A stretch of 40,804 nt of DNA from contig NC_068983.1 of assembly GCF_001194135.2 (NCBI RefSeq), forward strand, positions 50,614,748-50,655,551, read 5' to 3'. The translations under genes were made by a program, and so were the position numbers. The notes beneath the pieces were generated by a model, which saw nothing but the letters and a program-made list of their open reading frames with translations, did not search any database and was not told the DNA's origin. Positions 11,685 to 23,514 of this stretch are shown in pieces. Position 1 is the first letter of the stretch; every line of letters starts with the position of its first letter. This stretch comes from Octopus bimaculoides (taxonomy: Eukaryota).

Positions 11685-11992
11685 TGTTGTATTTCGGGAT
11701 GGTCAATTTATTTTATTATTTTTTTTCCCGAAAAAACACACGCACTATATTTTTTTCTTCACTCGTTTATTAGAAGCAAGTGGAGCGAAAACACGCACAG
11801 AAATGGCGTCACTGAAGAGGTCACATATGTGTGACGAAAGATTTCCGGGCATTGGAGAAGTGTTACAATGATAAAACGACATTAATAAACGAGTGAAGAA
11901 AAATTATATATATAGTGCGTATGTTTGTTTAGTAGACATTTTTTTAATAAAAAATGAAATAATAAATAAAATCATCAACCCGAAATACAACA
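11685..11992. mobile_element. ~310-bp fold-back (MITE-like) element with an HHR-like core in the spacer
   Basis: Outer arms GTTGTATTTCGGG(11686-11698)/CCCGAAATACAAC(11979-11991); inner arms include a 21-bp perfect inverted match TTTTTCTTCACTCGTTTATTA/TAATAAACGAGTGAAGAAAAA; spacer 11773-11882. Confidence 0.8.
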
Positions 11993-12000
11993 CTAGTTAA

Positions 12001-12222
12001 TGCAGCGAGCTGACAGACACGTTAGGACGCCGAGTGAAATGCTTAGCGGCATTTCGTCTGTCTTTACGTTCTGAGTTCAAATTCCGCTCAGGTCAACTTT
12101 GCCTTTTATTCTTTCGGGGTCGATAAATTAAGTACCAGCTGCGTACTGGGGTCGATCAAATCGACTGGCCTCTCCTACTCGATATTACATTTCAGGCCCT
12201 GTGCCTAGAGTTGAAAAGTATA
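12001..12222 (+). mobile_element. tRNA-derived SINE with Nin/Deu-like core (octopus OK-like family)
   Basis: B-box GAGTTCAAATT at 12073-12083; central CTTTGCCTTTTATTCTTTCGGGGTCGATAAATTAAGTACCAG resembles the Nin-domain core; paralogous copy at 27285-27460(-). Confidence 0.85.
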
Positions 12223-12411
12223 TTTATTGTAAATTTACATTTTAACGTTATTTAATTAAAGCAAACTAGGTCTCATTCACACTTTTTCAGTTCATATACG
12301 TCACGCAATATTTGAACAGAGAAAATAAAGAAGACGATTGGCGCTAAGAATTTTTTGCTGCTTGCTAACGTTTATGTAAGCTTGTCGCCATAGTAATGAT
12401 AGTGATAATAA

Positions 12412-12433
12412 TAACAGTAGTAGTAGTAGTAGT

Positions 12434-12518
<85 letters not shown>
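12412..12518. repeat. (TAG)n-(GAT)n compound microsatellite
   Basis: Directly visible; explains the poly-His ORF artefact. Confidence 0.97.
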
Positions 12519-12524
12519 ACAATT

Positions 12525-13052
12525 CCAAGCAGTGGTTCTCATATTTGTTGATCTTTATTGATTGACAGCATGAACATGTACATGTGCTGTCTTGGTGTAA
12601 ACGATGGGCTATGACAAATATTCTGATCAATACCACATATTTCCTTATCCGTTTCTTGACCATAACCATTTGAGCACATGCCTTAACGGCTGTGCTTCAC
12701 TGTTCACTTGCAAGTGTAGTAGGGTGTTTCATAGTCATATGCTGAGACGGATCCGGGGAGGGGTGAATAATTCGCCTCTGTAAACATGACTGTTTCGTTC
12801 ATCATCCATAAACAATCATTGCTGAAGGAACTTTTGAGCGAAATGGGTTACTCGACTAAAAGAAAATCCTAACTGGGCCCCACCTGCAAGGTAATATGCT
12901 GTTTATCTTGATATGTGGTTGCCACATAATGCAGATATAGTTGGGAGTCGTGTGCTTGGTGTATGTTTATCAGACGGGTAGTCATAATTGGTATATTGGG
13001 TTTCGTATAATTGTACCCCAGTCTCATATCATGGCGTGTCTCCTTCTCTCTG
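12525..13052 (+). mobile_element. ~550-bp non-coding interspersed element, diverged copy 1
   Basis: Aligns along its length with the reverse complement of 37651-38206 (for example CTAACTGGGCCCCACCTGCAAGGT and TTTATCTTGATATG). Confidence 0.85.
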
Positions 13053-13949
13053 AGTAGTAGTAGTTAAGAGGAGGAAGGGGAGAAGGTGAAGAAGAAGGAG
13101 GAGAGGGTAGTAGAGAAGAAGGAGGACTACGAGGGGGACGAAGTGGAGCAGCAGCGTTAACATAAATAATGTAACTATGTTCACAACATCAATATAGGAT
13201 ATTCTTCACCACAGGAACATGGCTGCGTAGAACAGGTCAACATCTGGAAATGCAGTGAGAACACCCCATAAAAAACAAGCAAAACCAAGCAATTTTAGCA
13301 ACAATATTAACTACTAATTTAGATGCAATGAAAGATTTGCTCCTAAGAAAGCTGGATAAGACCATACGTTTCACATTTTTCAAAAGCACTTGAAAATGAG
13401 ACGTGAGCTGCTACAATGATGATCCATTCTAAATAAGGTAGGTGATCGATCTGCTTTCCGGCTTTCCAAAAGCATAGATTAAGAAATTGACGTTTAAACT
13501 TAGCAACACATATATATTATCCATACTCAAAACAAACGTCACAAAAGTAAATGCAATACTTGGACCCTATTTCGACTTCTCAAGGGATTTTTACAAAATG
13601 TGAAGTCTAAGAGAAGCATAAACTGCAATCCTGTGGTGATCAATTTTATACGAAAAAGTGCAAGGTTATATGGGCACTTTTAAGTTTCCATCAGCTAGAT
13701 TAGATCTCAAAAGCGTTATTGTCGTATAATAATTCAGAGATTAATGACACCTTGACTGATTCATTTTAGATAATTAATAATTGAACTAATTTGTTACTTT
13801 ACGGTGAATGATCGTGTCGATTAAATTAAATTTAGCTGAGGGTGATTATTTTAGAATGAATTGAACAATGATTTCGTGTTTGAATTTATAGTAGAGAGCA
13901 TAACATTACGTAAAATATGTGTGCTAACTTTACATATGCACATGCTTAT

Positions 13950-14052
13950 ACATGTGTGTGCATGTATGTATGTGTAAAATATATATATATATATATGTAT
14001 ATGTATATATGTGTGTGTGTCTGTGTGTGTGTGCGTGTGCGTGCGTGTGTGT
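13950..14052. repeat. (TA)/(TG)/(CGTG) microsatellite
   Basis: Directly visible. Confidence 0.9.
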
Positions 14053-14061
14053 GACCGCTAA

Positions 14062-14200
14062 ATCTCTCTGTCTATTTTTTCATTCCTTTTTTGTTGAAGA
14101 GCGCGGTCTCGAAACGTAAAAGATTTTCTCTCTTTCCCGAGCGTCAAACAAATACACATGCTTGTTCATACGCCTGTCTTCGTTCTTTGTAAATTTCAAC
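14062..14200 (+). mobile_element. Short PLE-type terminal repeat with a degenerate hammerhead
   Basis: TTGTTGA-A-GAGC-GCGG-TCTC-GAAAC-GTA-AAAG, followed by a pyrimidine-rich tail ending in (TA)n. Confidence 0.55.
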
Positions 14201-14269
14201 TATATATATATATATATATATATTTGTAAATTTCAACTATATATATATATACATATATATATATTTCAT

Positions 14270-14570
14270 TTATGGGTTTCAGCCAAGTGGCTGTGGTCAT
14301 GCTGGATCACCACCGTGATTTTCCGCCTTTATGCTGTACTCTCTTCACGTTCCTTGCATGGCTCTTCTCCTCCACCTGATATAGTCCAATCACGAGTTTT
14401 GATGGCACATCTGGTGTATAAGAGAATTTGACATCGCTGCCCTAAACTGTGTCTCATTTCGAGCCATTGGTTCGTCTGGTATCGTGGAAAGGAAAGCGTC
14501 GAGTTTTGTCTTGAAAACCTCTATATCCATGTCTTGCAGGTCTCTCAAATGTTTTGGCAGGGCATTTATA
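14270..14570 (-). mobile_element. CR1-like LINE 3' end (ORF2 C-terminus and 3' UTR)
   Basis: Minus frame 14569-14390: INALPKHLRDLQDMDIEVFKTKLDAFLSTIPDEPMARNETQFRAAMSNSLIHQMCHQNS*, a typical CR1-type ORF2 end, followed by a short UTR. Confidence 0.85.
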
Positions 14571-15144
14571 CATGAATATGTTTAAATATGCATGACTACG
14601 AACATGCATGATTATATGTACATATGCGTATATACATTTTTATAATTTTTATACCTTATAAATTAATATTACATTGTTTTTATTAACTAGAAATTTATCT
14701 TATTTATATTTATCTTTCCTCAATCATCTCTGTTTTTACTTTATTCATTGTTCTAGATTAATAAGATTTACTTTATCTCTAATCATATTCTGATCAATCT
14801 GTAAACCCTTCCTCCGTGCATATTATAATACAAACCATAATGCATAATATTTAGTTTGCTGAAATGAATTGATATGTCCGCATATAACTTCCCAAGATAT
14901 ATCCTTTTTCGTTGATGAAATTATGCTCATGTCTCATAAATACACATTTAATATAAATATATGCAATTAAAGTATCGAGTATTATTTGAAACGGTTGTAA
15001 GGATGGAAGAAGACCAATTTGGCAGTAATAAATGATTAACATCTGTATCTCCATTTTCTTTTCTTCTTTTAACTGGTCTTTTAACAGGCATTAGGTATTG
15101 AACAAGTATTTTCCTGGGTTGAAACAGCCGTTAAGGATGTTAAC

Positions 15145-15297
15145 TGTTATGTCTCAACGCTACTGCTATCTAGCACGTTCGGATGATCTCTACTCAGCCT
15201 CTACACAACTGCTACTCAACACACCTACCACGGCCAGACTACCTCTATTTATGTCTTTGGAGATCCTACTTCTTCTCCTGGGGGCGTCGACACAACA
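15145..15297 (-). mobile_element. Short solo-LTR-like element
   Basis: TG...CA termini with a 9-bp inverted repeat TGTTATGTC/GACACAACA (8/9 match); 5-bp flanks TTAAC/TTAAT (4/5); TATA-like CATAAATAG on the minus strand. Confidence 0.55.
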
Positions 15298-15316
15298 TTA
15301 ATATATCCTGTAAATT

Positions 15317-15348
<32 letters not shown>

Positions 15349-17696
15349 TGCACTGTATCTTTATCTCTTGCTTTCCTCTCTTCGAAAGAAAGTAGCACCG
15401 TAATGTTTGGAATTTTCTTTTACCTTACTGGATTAATCCCAGTATCTGTAGTTTCAACTGTGATACTATTTCCCTTTGAATTACACTCAATCAAGCTAAA
15501 ATTCTATGTTCAAAATTATACGAGTAACAGTATTCCACGGTTCTTATTTTCTCTTTTCTCTTAATTTCTATTTCTCTCCTTTATATCTGCAACCAGGGAT
15601 CGAAATTGATGTCTGTATAATGTTTGACCTCCTATTGTTTTTCTAGTTAATAGCCTGAAAATGGTCAGAGTTCATACTTGGAATGTCTGAAACTAATTTT
15701 TCATCTAGAATTTCTAGACTCCAGTCTCATTTACTCTTTTCTCTTCACGGATTCCATTCCTCTTCTTACACTCCATCAAGCTAACATAACTAATGGCAAC
15801 AGATAATTTTCTATTATTTCCAATAATCCATTGCAGTAACGTTTATGGCAGTATCATATTCAAACCATCTACGCACACACTTTCTCTCTCTCTTCTGAGT
15901 AGTATTCGTTTTCCTTTTTTTCCCCAGTTTTCATGTAAAGTATACAGTATATTATATATGTTTCTCAATCTATATGTGTTAGTGAGAGAGTGATTGCTTC
16001 GAATTCTGCAGAATGAACACCAGCTTCGCCACATTCTATTAATCACCTCACACAACGCGTCTACATAATATTGTTTCCATATTTGTATACCGATGTGGTA
16101 CAATTAACTTCCAAAATATTCGTACGCATGAGTACTTTAATATGTCAAAATACATAGATGCATTAAAATATCTCTTCTGTTCTTTGGCGCATTTCTTTTG
16201 TATTTCTTATCCACTTTTGTGTTATCAAGAAGCAAGGCGTCTAGGAATTGAGAAAGTAATTATTTTCGTTCGCTACTTAAAAGATAATACACTTTTGTGA
16301 GATCTATCTTACAATCAATCAGCATTCATAAACTTTCAAGATTAAGCTCTGTATAGTTGAATTTTAAATGAATTTCACGTCCACGTCATTTCTGTTGGAG
16401 AGTTTCCCCAAATATATACGCGTACGCATTCATACATATATGCAGATAAATACATGCATAGCCATATATCACTCTTTATTTTTATATCTTCTTGCATTGA
16501 GGGCTTCTTTCACAACAATTTTGATGAAATATATAAATTCTAGACTTTGTCTCCGTTTTTCCATTCAAAAATTTGATTGAAGTGTCGCAGAATGTTGACC
16601 ATAATCTAAAACTTAATTTAATTTAATTCTAACTTCAACTGATGATGTATTGAAAAATAGCCATATCTGCATATCACTTTTGGTTGAACCTCGAAAGTCT
16701 CTAAAATTGGCTCTATAAGCAAACACAACGGAATCCAGGAAATTTCTAAGAACCCAACCAATTATATTACTGCTTTTCATTTGGCACATTTCGGGCATGA
16801 ATGAAAAGGAATTTTGCTTTCCTGCCAACAGCTAAAATATAAGGATATTATAAGCCTAATATAGGATCCGCTCAAATTTTTGTAAATTTCGTCCTTGTAA
16901 TTAGGCATAAACAAGAATAATAGTTGTACAATCCCATGAGGAGGGAAATAATTCTCCCTTCTTACGTGTCAGCATGTATTTGTAATGCAATTTGGGACGA
17001 CTTTTAATGGAGCAAGTTGGAATAAACTCGTATTTAGAGTTAAATAATACAGCAATGAGGACAACATTTTTAGGAATACATTGGTTTGGCATTTTCAGTA
17101 AAGAGTATGTTAAATTATATGACGGTATGTCTTTAGCTATTTGCATTATATTTGCCATAGGATTATAGTAACGTTACTCATTGGGACGTTAAAGAATGTG
17201 AACGCAGAAATTGACAAAATACGAGACATTTTTTGTGGTTCAATATAAATGGTGTGGGATATTTTATACACTATCTGTTATTTCATTTACTCATGTATTG
17301 GTTTGCTATTCATAGGGTCATTTCGCTGAATGTTACAGAGCGCTGACCCAGAATTTAGAATGTACACTATTCTTCATTGGCAATGCCCCAGCAACCTACA
17401 TTTTTTGGACTGAGATGTATAACTGAATAAATGAATACTTTATACGATGAAACAAGGAATACATTTCGGAATGTTTCAGCAATTTTAGTTGAAAACTATG
17501 TGCAGAGATTCTGGTTTTTAGGTATGACATATTCACAGGCTAAAGTACGCAAAGTTTTCATTATGCGTGTAGAAATGTAAACGTATATAATTATGTAGCA
17601 GACATATGCACATGTATATGGATGTATGTGGGCTTATATTTACATTCACACATACGCAACACACACATAAATTATCTATTTATCTTTCTATTTACA

Positions 17697-17733
17697 TATC
17701 TATCTATCTACATATAGATAGATAGATAGATAT

Positions 17734-17777
<44 letters not shown>

Positions 17778-17830
17778 GTAGGTAGATAGATAGGTAGATA
17801 GATATAAATATACATATAAATATAGATAAA
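17697..17830. repeat. (TATC)n/(GATA)n tetranucleotide tract
   Basis: Directly visible. Confidence 0.95.
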
Positions 17831-20800
17831 AATGTTAGTGTGAGTATCAGTTTGTATGAGCACATATTTAAAGTTAACGCTGATTGCAAAACCTACGTGA
17901 TAGGTATATTTTATTTTGATTAATGATTCCAGTAATTAGAATGTCATTTTTTCATTTTGCCAATGTTGAATTCTACTCTGTCACATTTTGAGTCGATTCT
18001 ACAGAAAAACAATCTCCAGTTAACAGAAAATGAACAAAACAATATGAAACAATAATTCGTCTATGGAAATCGCAATGAAAGGCAAAATATGAATGTATAT
18101 TGAAAAATTATTCATTGTGAGTAAACATATTTTCTTATGTTGTAGATGTGTAACCATATTTTACGGCAGTACAATACTAGAAACATTACATTATAACATC
18201 TCATTTTTATTATATTTTGACACATTATCATTAGCATTTATTTCTTCTGGTTAAAGCTCACTCGGTAAGAGAAAGTAAAGACCGTTATAATTGGCAGATA
18301 TCATTTTTCTATTTTCGAATTATATTCCATTGATGTTTTCACAAACTTAAATATCAGGTAATTAAATTGTCTTTTACATTACATTGGTATCTTTTAACCT
18401 TCATTAACGGCCCAGAAAATTAAATTCACTTAACGTAAACAAACTTTCAATTTATACATATTCGAGGGAGTAAAATCATATAAGAATCAAACTACCCAAC
18501 ATGCTGGAACGCTTGATAAAAAATGCTTCTCCCCTTCCAAAGACAGAATACTTTTACTCTGGAACAAAGAAGTAAACGTAAGTACATCAGAGCGTCATTT
18601 TTTCGAAAACGCTTTCTATGTCTAAAAGAACTTAATTTCATTTCATGCTTATGATCAAAATAGGAATATTTTTCATAAATGATATTTCAAGGGAAATCTA
18701 CAGAAAGAGATGCTGCAGAAATTCATTGCAATGTCATATGCAAAATTGTAAACAATATATATAAAATGTGGTATATGTAGCAGTATTGATTTAATTTTAG
18801 AATATTTTTTATTAATTTTCTTAGAAAGTAACGGAGATATTATAGAAAGAATATTTCTGCTCGAAGAACGTATAATTGTCAATGATCTAATATTCTGGAC
18901 ACAACGACGTTATGCGATGAGTGATTACAACTGACAAAATGGAATTAAATTCGTACAAATTTCAACCTTACACATGATATCATTTATGGGACAATTACTG
19001 ATTGTATGCACTTTCTAAATTATATATTAATTTCTATTACTCCCAATATGAATCAAATATAAAAGTCAATCACGCGCTGGGAGGTGTTAAGAATTTGTTT
19101 TTTTGGATGCATTTCATGGACATATTTTGGCGTATTGCTTTATTTATGATGAGGTGTTGTGCATTACAAGTAAATCACTGAAGAGTTAACTCATTGTTGT
19201 AATTTGCTAGGTACAATTTATTCTAGCAGCAAAATTTTTAATATGATTTCAGCATATCTAATTTATTTGCGTTTTCAAATAAGTTGCTTTGGCTTTCAAG
19301 CGTGCAACATTATTTGAATGTGATGAGTGATATGTACTGAACGCAATGCAATATTTTACATAATATTTCATGCCTTCATAAGTATCACTTTCCCTTCATT
19401 CATGAATAGGAGTTAAACTTTAAAAACCTGCCTTTCTAAGAAGTTATGCTGACTCAGATTTACCAAATTATTTGTTTGATTTTCTCGCTATCCTCTCGTT
19501 AATATAGACTCATGCAATATGGTAACTCTTAATCATTTACAGATGAGTATAACATTGCCTGTTTTATTATCCTCTGAAGAACGAAGTGAAAGGAAAGTAA
19601 AGTTAACCCATTTGGTGAATAGTGGATCACTAAGCATGCAAGCTGCACATGCCGATGATCACGTGCATTGATCCCACATATTTCTATAAAAATGAATGCA
19701 ACAATGATTTTACAGTAGGAAGCTACACTCCGTGAAGAAAGCAAGCTGGTTTCAATATGTAAAACCTGAGCATATCTTTTTTCCTCTACTGTGATACACA
19801 AACGATATTCTATAACAATATATATTAGATGATTTAGATAGTGCAATGTACGATCTTCTGCTAGAAAGCATCGGTTATAATATTAATATGAATGAGATAG
19901 AAATCATCATATAACAGATCAATCACTATAACATAATTTTCAAGTGAACTTCATAACATTCGGGAAGGAAATGGGTTAATAATAAATGATCGAAATTTGA
20001 AATGAAGATAACAACGATACCTTGTCAATTATATTAGCCCAAGTATTTACATTTACGCACGCGATCTTATTTCGAAGGTTGGGTTTTAATCTAATTCGTT
20101 TCATTTTCACAAGCTGTTTTGTTGTCAGAAAGAATAGGGGATGGGAAATGATTAGCTTATTGCTATGTAACTTAGTGTGGGTAGTGAGGAATTACCTAAT
20201 TAATTATAATTTCATTGCAAATGAAGAGAAAAGAAATCGATATAATTTCAGTTTTAACAAAGCAAGTCACGAGGAACCTTCCAAGAAATGTAATAATGAA
20301 AATTAACCACAAGTGTAATGTGTTCCATGCACTAGCGAATGATCTTGGCGCTACGATAATGTCATCGCATATTTTCGACTACATTCTCGTCGTGTTATAT
20401 ATATATAGTACCAATACTGCCAGGGAAAGATGACTCAACAATTATTAATCTTAGTGATATCTGACACGATAGATTATGTAAAATATCCATTTACAAGCTG
20501 TGCGTGAAGACAAAACAGATTCGGAAATGAGAATGTAGTGAACCAAGTTACGTAAAATATATCATATCATCTCTTGCTGTAGTGGAATAATGTTTAGTCT
20601 TAATGGATTTATCTCGACATATAGATTAATTGAATTTACCATGAATTACATGAAAAGGAATGTGGTAATCCTTATCTTAAAAACAAAATACATCAGTTAG
20701 AATAGGATGACCCTTGTGTATCTTAGCCTGAGCAAAAATCATCTGTCACTGCTACGCCGCGAAAAGTGAGGATGTATTGTGAATATATATTAGGGGTAAA

Positions 20801-21475
20801 GTTTCCAATGAGATCACCCACCTCCAGCATGTCATATCTTATTATATAGATGTTGAGCAGGATTTCGTCTTTATCATCAACCCTTCAGAAACCGTCACAC
20901 TTATTTGCTGTGATAGTTATTGGAATTCTAAGTTCGAAGTTACTTATCGTAAATTGCTTTGCGACGTAAAGTTTTTTTCCCCGCGGGTAGGGGTTGTCTA
21001 TCGCAATAGATGAATACAAATCAATAATATCCCATAAAATGCAATTTGCAGCCGACCTTAACTTCAATACTGTACACCCAAGTCCTTGCGACGTTATTAG
21101 AGTTCTGGTGAAGAAAGCACGAGGTTTTCATAATATTGAAGTCAATACTGTAACGCCGACAATTATCTACCAATTCTCAGTTTGTTTGTGGGTTGCATAA
21201 GTAGCTTATATTTGGAAATTCAAGTGAAAATCTACCGTAAGATATTTAAGGACCATAGCAAAGGACTTAACCATTTTATTTATCGTGTATCCTGTTTTAA
21301 CAGACACGCTAGTTCATTTGTTTTGGGAGCTGTGGCAATGTATGCTAAATGGATGGTTTCCCTACTCTGTTTGTTAATGATATGAAGCCGAATGTGCCTC
21401 GTGGATCAGAAATACATACACTCACACATGCACACATGCAAACACGCAAACACACACGCATATTTATACATCCGT

Positions 21476-21559
21476 NNNNNNNNNNNNNNNNNNNNNNNNN
21501 NNNNNNNNNNNNNNNNNNNNNNNNNNNNNNNNNNNNNNNNNNNNNNNNNNNNNNNNNNN
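21476..21559. other. Assembly gap (N run)
   Basis: Run of N. Confidence 1.
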
Positions 21560-22429
21560 ATATATATGCGAGTAAAAATAAATACAAAAAAAGGGGTTTT
21601 GTATGATTGTGTATAGAGGAATATATTATTTTTAAAAGAGTTCCAACACTGTCTGTTTTTTATGTTTTATTTATATTCCTGCAAAACCAATGTGGGATAT
21701 AGAATATGGAATATACAATATATAATATACAATAAAAATGGATGGTACAATGAAATAAAGTATTGAATGTCTTATTGAATATATGAAATATGTCTTATTG
21801 AATAGATGAAATATTTAATCGAGAATTAAACAAAAAATCCGGAAACTGTTATTGTGATGTTGATATTCTCTAAAGCCTCATAATTTGGTAGGCTGGTACA
21901 TAACATCGCAACATTACTCAGCAATAGTTTCAAATTAAGTAGAATACATAAACCTGTGTCTCGGCTTACTTGTCAAGTAACATCAGTAATGTTTGATGCG
22001 GTACTGAAAAGACACCGCTAAAGAAACAAATTATATTAAATTTAATACAACAACCGCTTTTCTTCTCGATTTCATTCGATTTATTTTTTCTATGTGTATA
22101 TCTTATATAACAGAAAGAAGCGAAACTACAATACATTGTCTTCAGGCATAGTTACTTTCAAATTAAATTACTAGTTTATCATATTGTTCAGCTTATAAGA
22201 CAGTATATATGCATATTCATTCAGAGTAAATGATAGAGTGGATTTATGCTACTTAAAGTACAAAAGCTTTTAATAAACGAAAAAGATATTTTATATTTTA
22301 TCATAAATTTAAAGCAGGATACATTACACCCTGTCTATAAAATATTGCAGTAATGTTTATGTTTATACATCTGTTATACTTGACGTTGCTTTGACCTTAA
22401 TTAAACGGTTCGTGGAAAAGAACATGGGC

Positions 22430-22548
22430 ATGTTCATACAGCACCAGGAGAGAAGACACACAGACAAAATAAACTAGTAAAGAAATTACTGGATAATTCC
22501 AGATCCCAGATTTCTGGCTCTGCATAAGAAATCCTCTGCCTTCATCAG
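22430..22548 (-). mobile_element. PLE-type terminal fragment with an HHR-like core
   Basis: Minus strand: CUGAUGA-A-GGC...GCC-A-GAAAUC-UGG-GAUC, then a tail shared in inverted orientation with the spacer of the 22714 fold-back. Confidence 0.5.
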
Positions 22549-22713
22549 ATATATATATATACGAACGCATACGTATATATACGAACGCATACGTATATAC
22601 GCACGTATGAACACGACCAGTTTAAATCGCCCGGCTAAAACTCCTCGTGTGATATGGTCAGAATACTACCGCAGTGAATATAATGATAAAATAAATGTAT
22701 AAATTTATATAAA

Positions 22714-23040
22714 TAAGGATAAGATCGATATTCAAATACCGATCTTATCACGTGGCTAACATGGGAATAAAAACCTTCAAAGGTAATAATTATTTAAAAT
22801 TATAATTTAGGGTATCTAAGAGATACCACCACGTTCATCTTGTCTCTTTGTCTTCTCTCCTGGTGCTGCTGTATGAACATTTAATATGGTTTTAGAGTCA
22901 CGTTTTGACTGCTATTTCCAGCGTGGTGGTATCTCTTAGATACCCTAAGTTATAATTTTAGATAATTATTACATTTGAAGGTTTTTATTCCCATGCTGGC
23001 CACCTCATAAGATCAATATTTAAATATCGATATTATCCTT
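22714..23040. mobile_element. ~330-bp fold-back (MITE-like) element with ~120-bp arms
   Basis: 22714-22833 is the reverse complement of 22922-23040 with few mismatches (about 90% by eye); 88-bp spacer; AT/TA-rich flanks. Confidence 0.9.
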
Positions 23041-23421
23041 CTTCATATATATATATCCGTGTATATATTTGTGTGTGTGAGTATGTGTGCTTGTATGAGT
23101 GTGTGTGTATGAGTGTGTATTTTAATATTAATATATACGATTTCTCGAGACCCCTATTTATATTTGAATCATTTATTGATTTACTTGAAAAGTTGGAAAT
23201 TTTTTCGTGCCCACAAGTCTGGGGCATAAAATATATCTATCAAGATTAACATATTTAACTGAGAAATGGTGACTTACAAATAATACACTTGTATTTATAT
23301 ATCCATTCCTTGGAGTTCTTCAATATTCACTTTTCGTTATAAACGCACAATTCGTTTAACGCAGCCAAGTTTTCCTTGACTTGTATTTGATATAATGCTA
23401 CATTAATTTCGGGGACTTTAA

Positions 23422-23443
23422 CTTGAAGTAAGAGAGCGAGAGA

Positions 23444-23510
<67 letters not shown>
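23422..23510. repeat. (GA)n microsatellite
   Basis: Directly visible. Confidence 0.97.

Positions 23511-23514
<4 letters not shown>

Noticed and set aside
12301-12669. Poly-His, poly-Leu, poly-Phe and poly-Ser ORFs (also 36606-36971 and 38085-38330)
   Set aside because: Translations of trinucleotide microsatellites, not proteins.
13190-13450. LDAMKDLLLRKL, like a LINE C-terminal region
   Set aside because: Single weak motif; not enough support.
19574-19605. CTGAAGA-ACGAAGT-GAAA (similar strings at 11251 and 16639)
   Set aside because: No adequate stems I to III; expected by chance in AT-rich DNA.
19541-19670. Acceptor TTTACAG followed by MSITLPVLLSSEE or DEYNIACFIIL*
   Set aside because: No convincing donor or homology.
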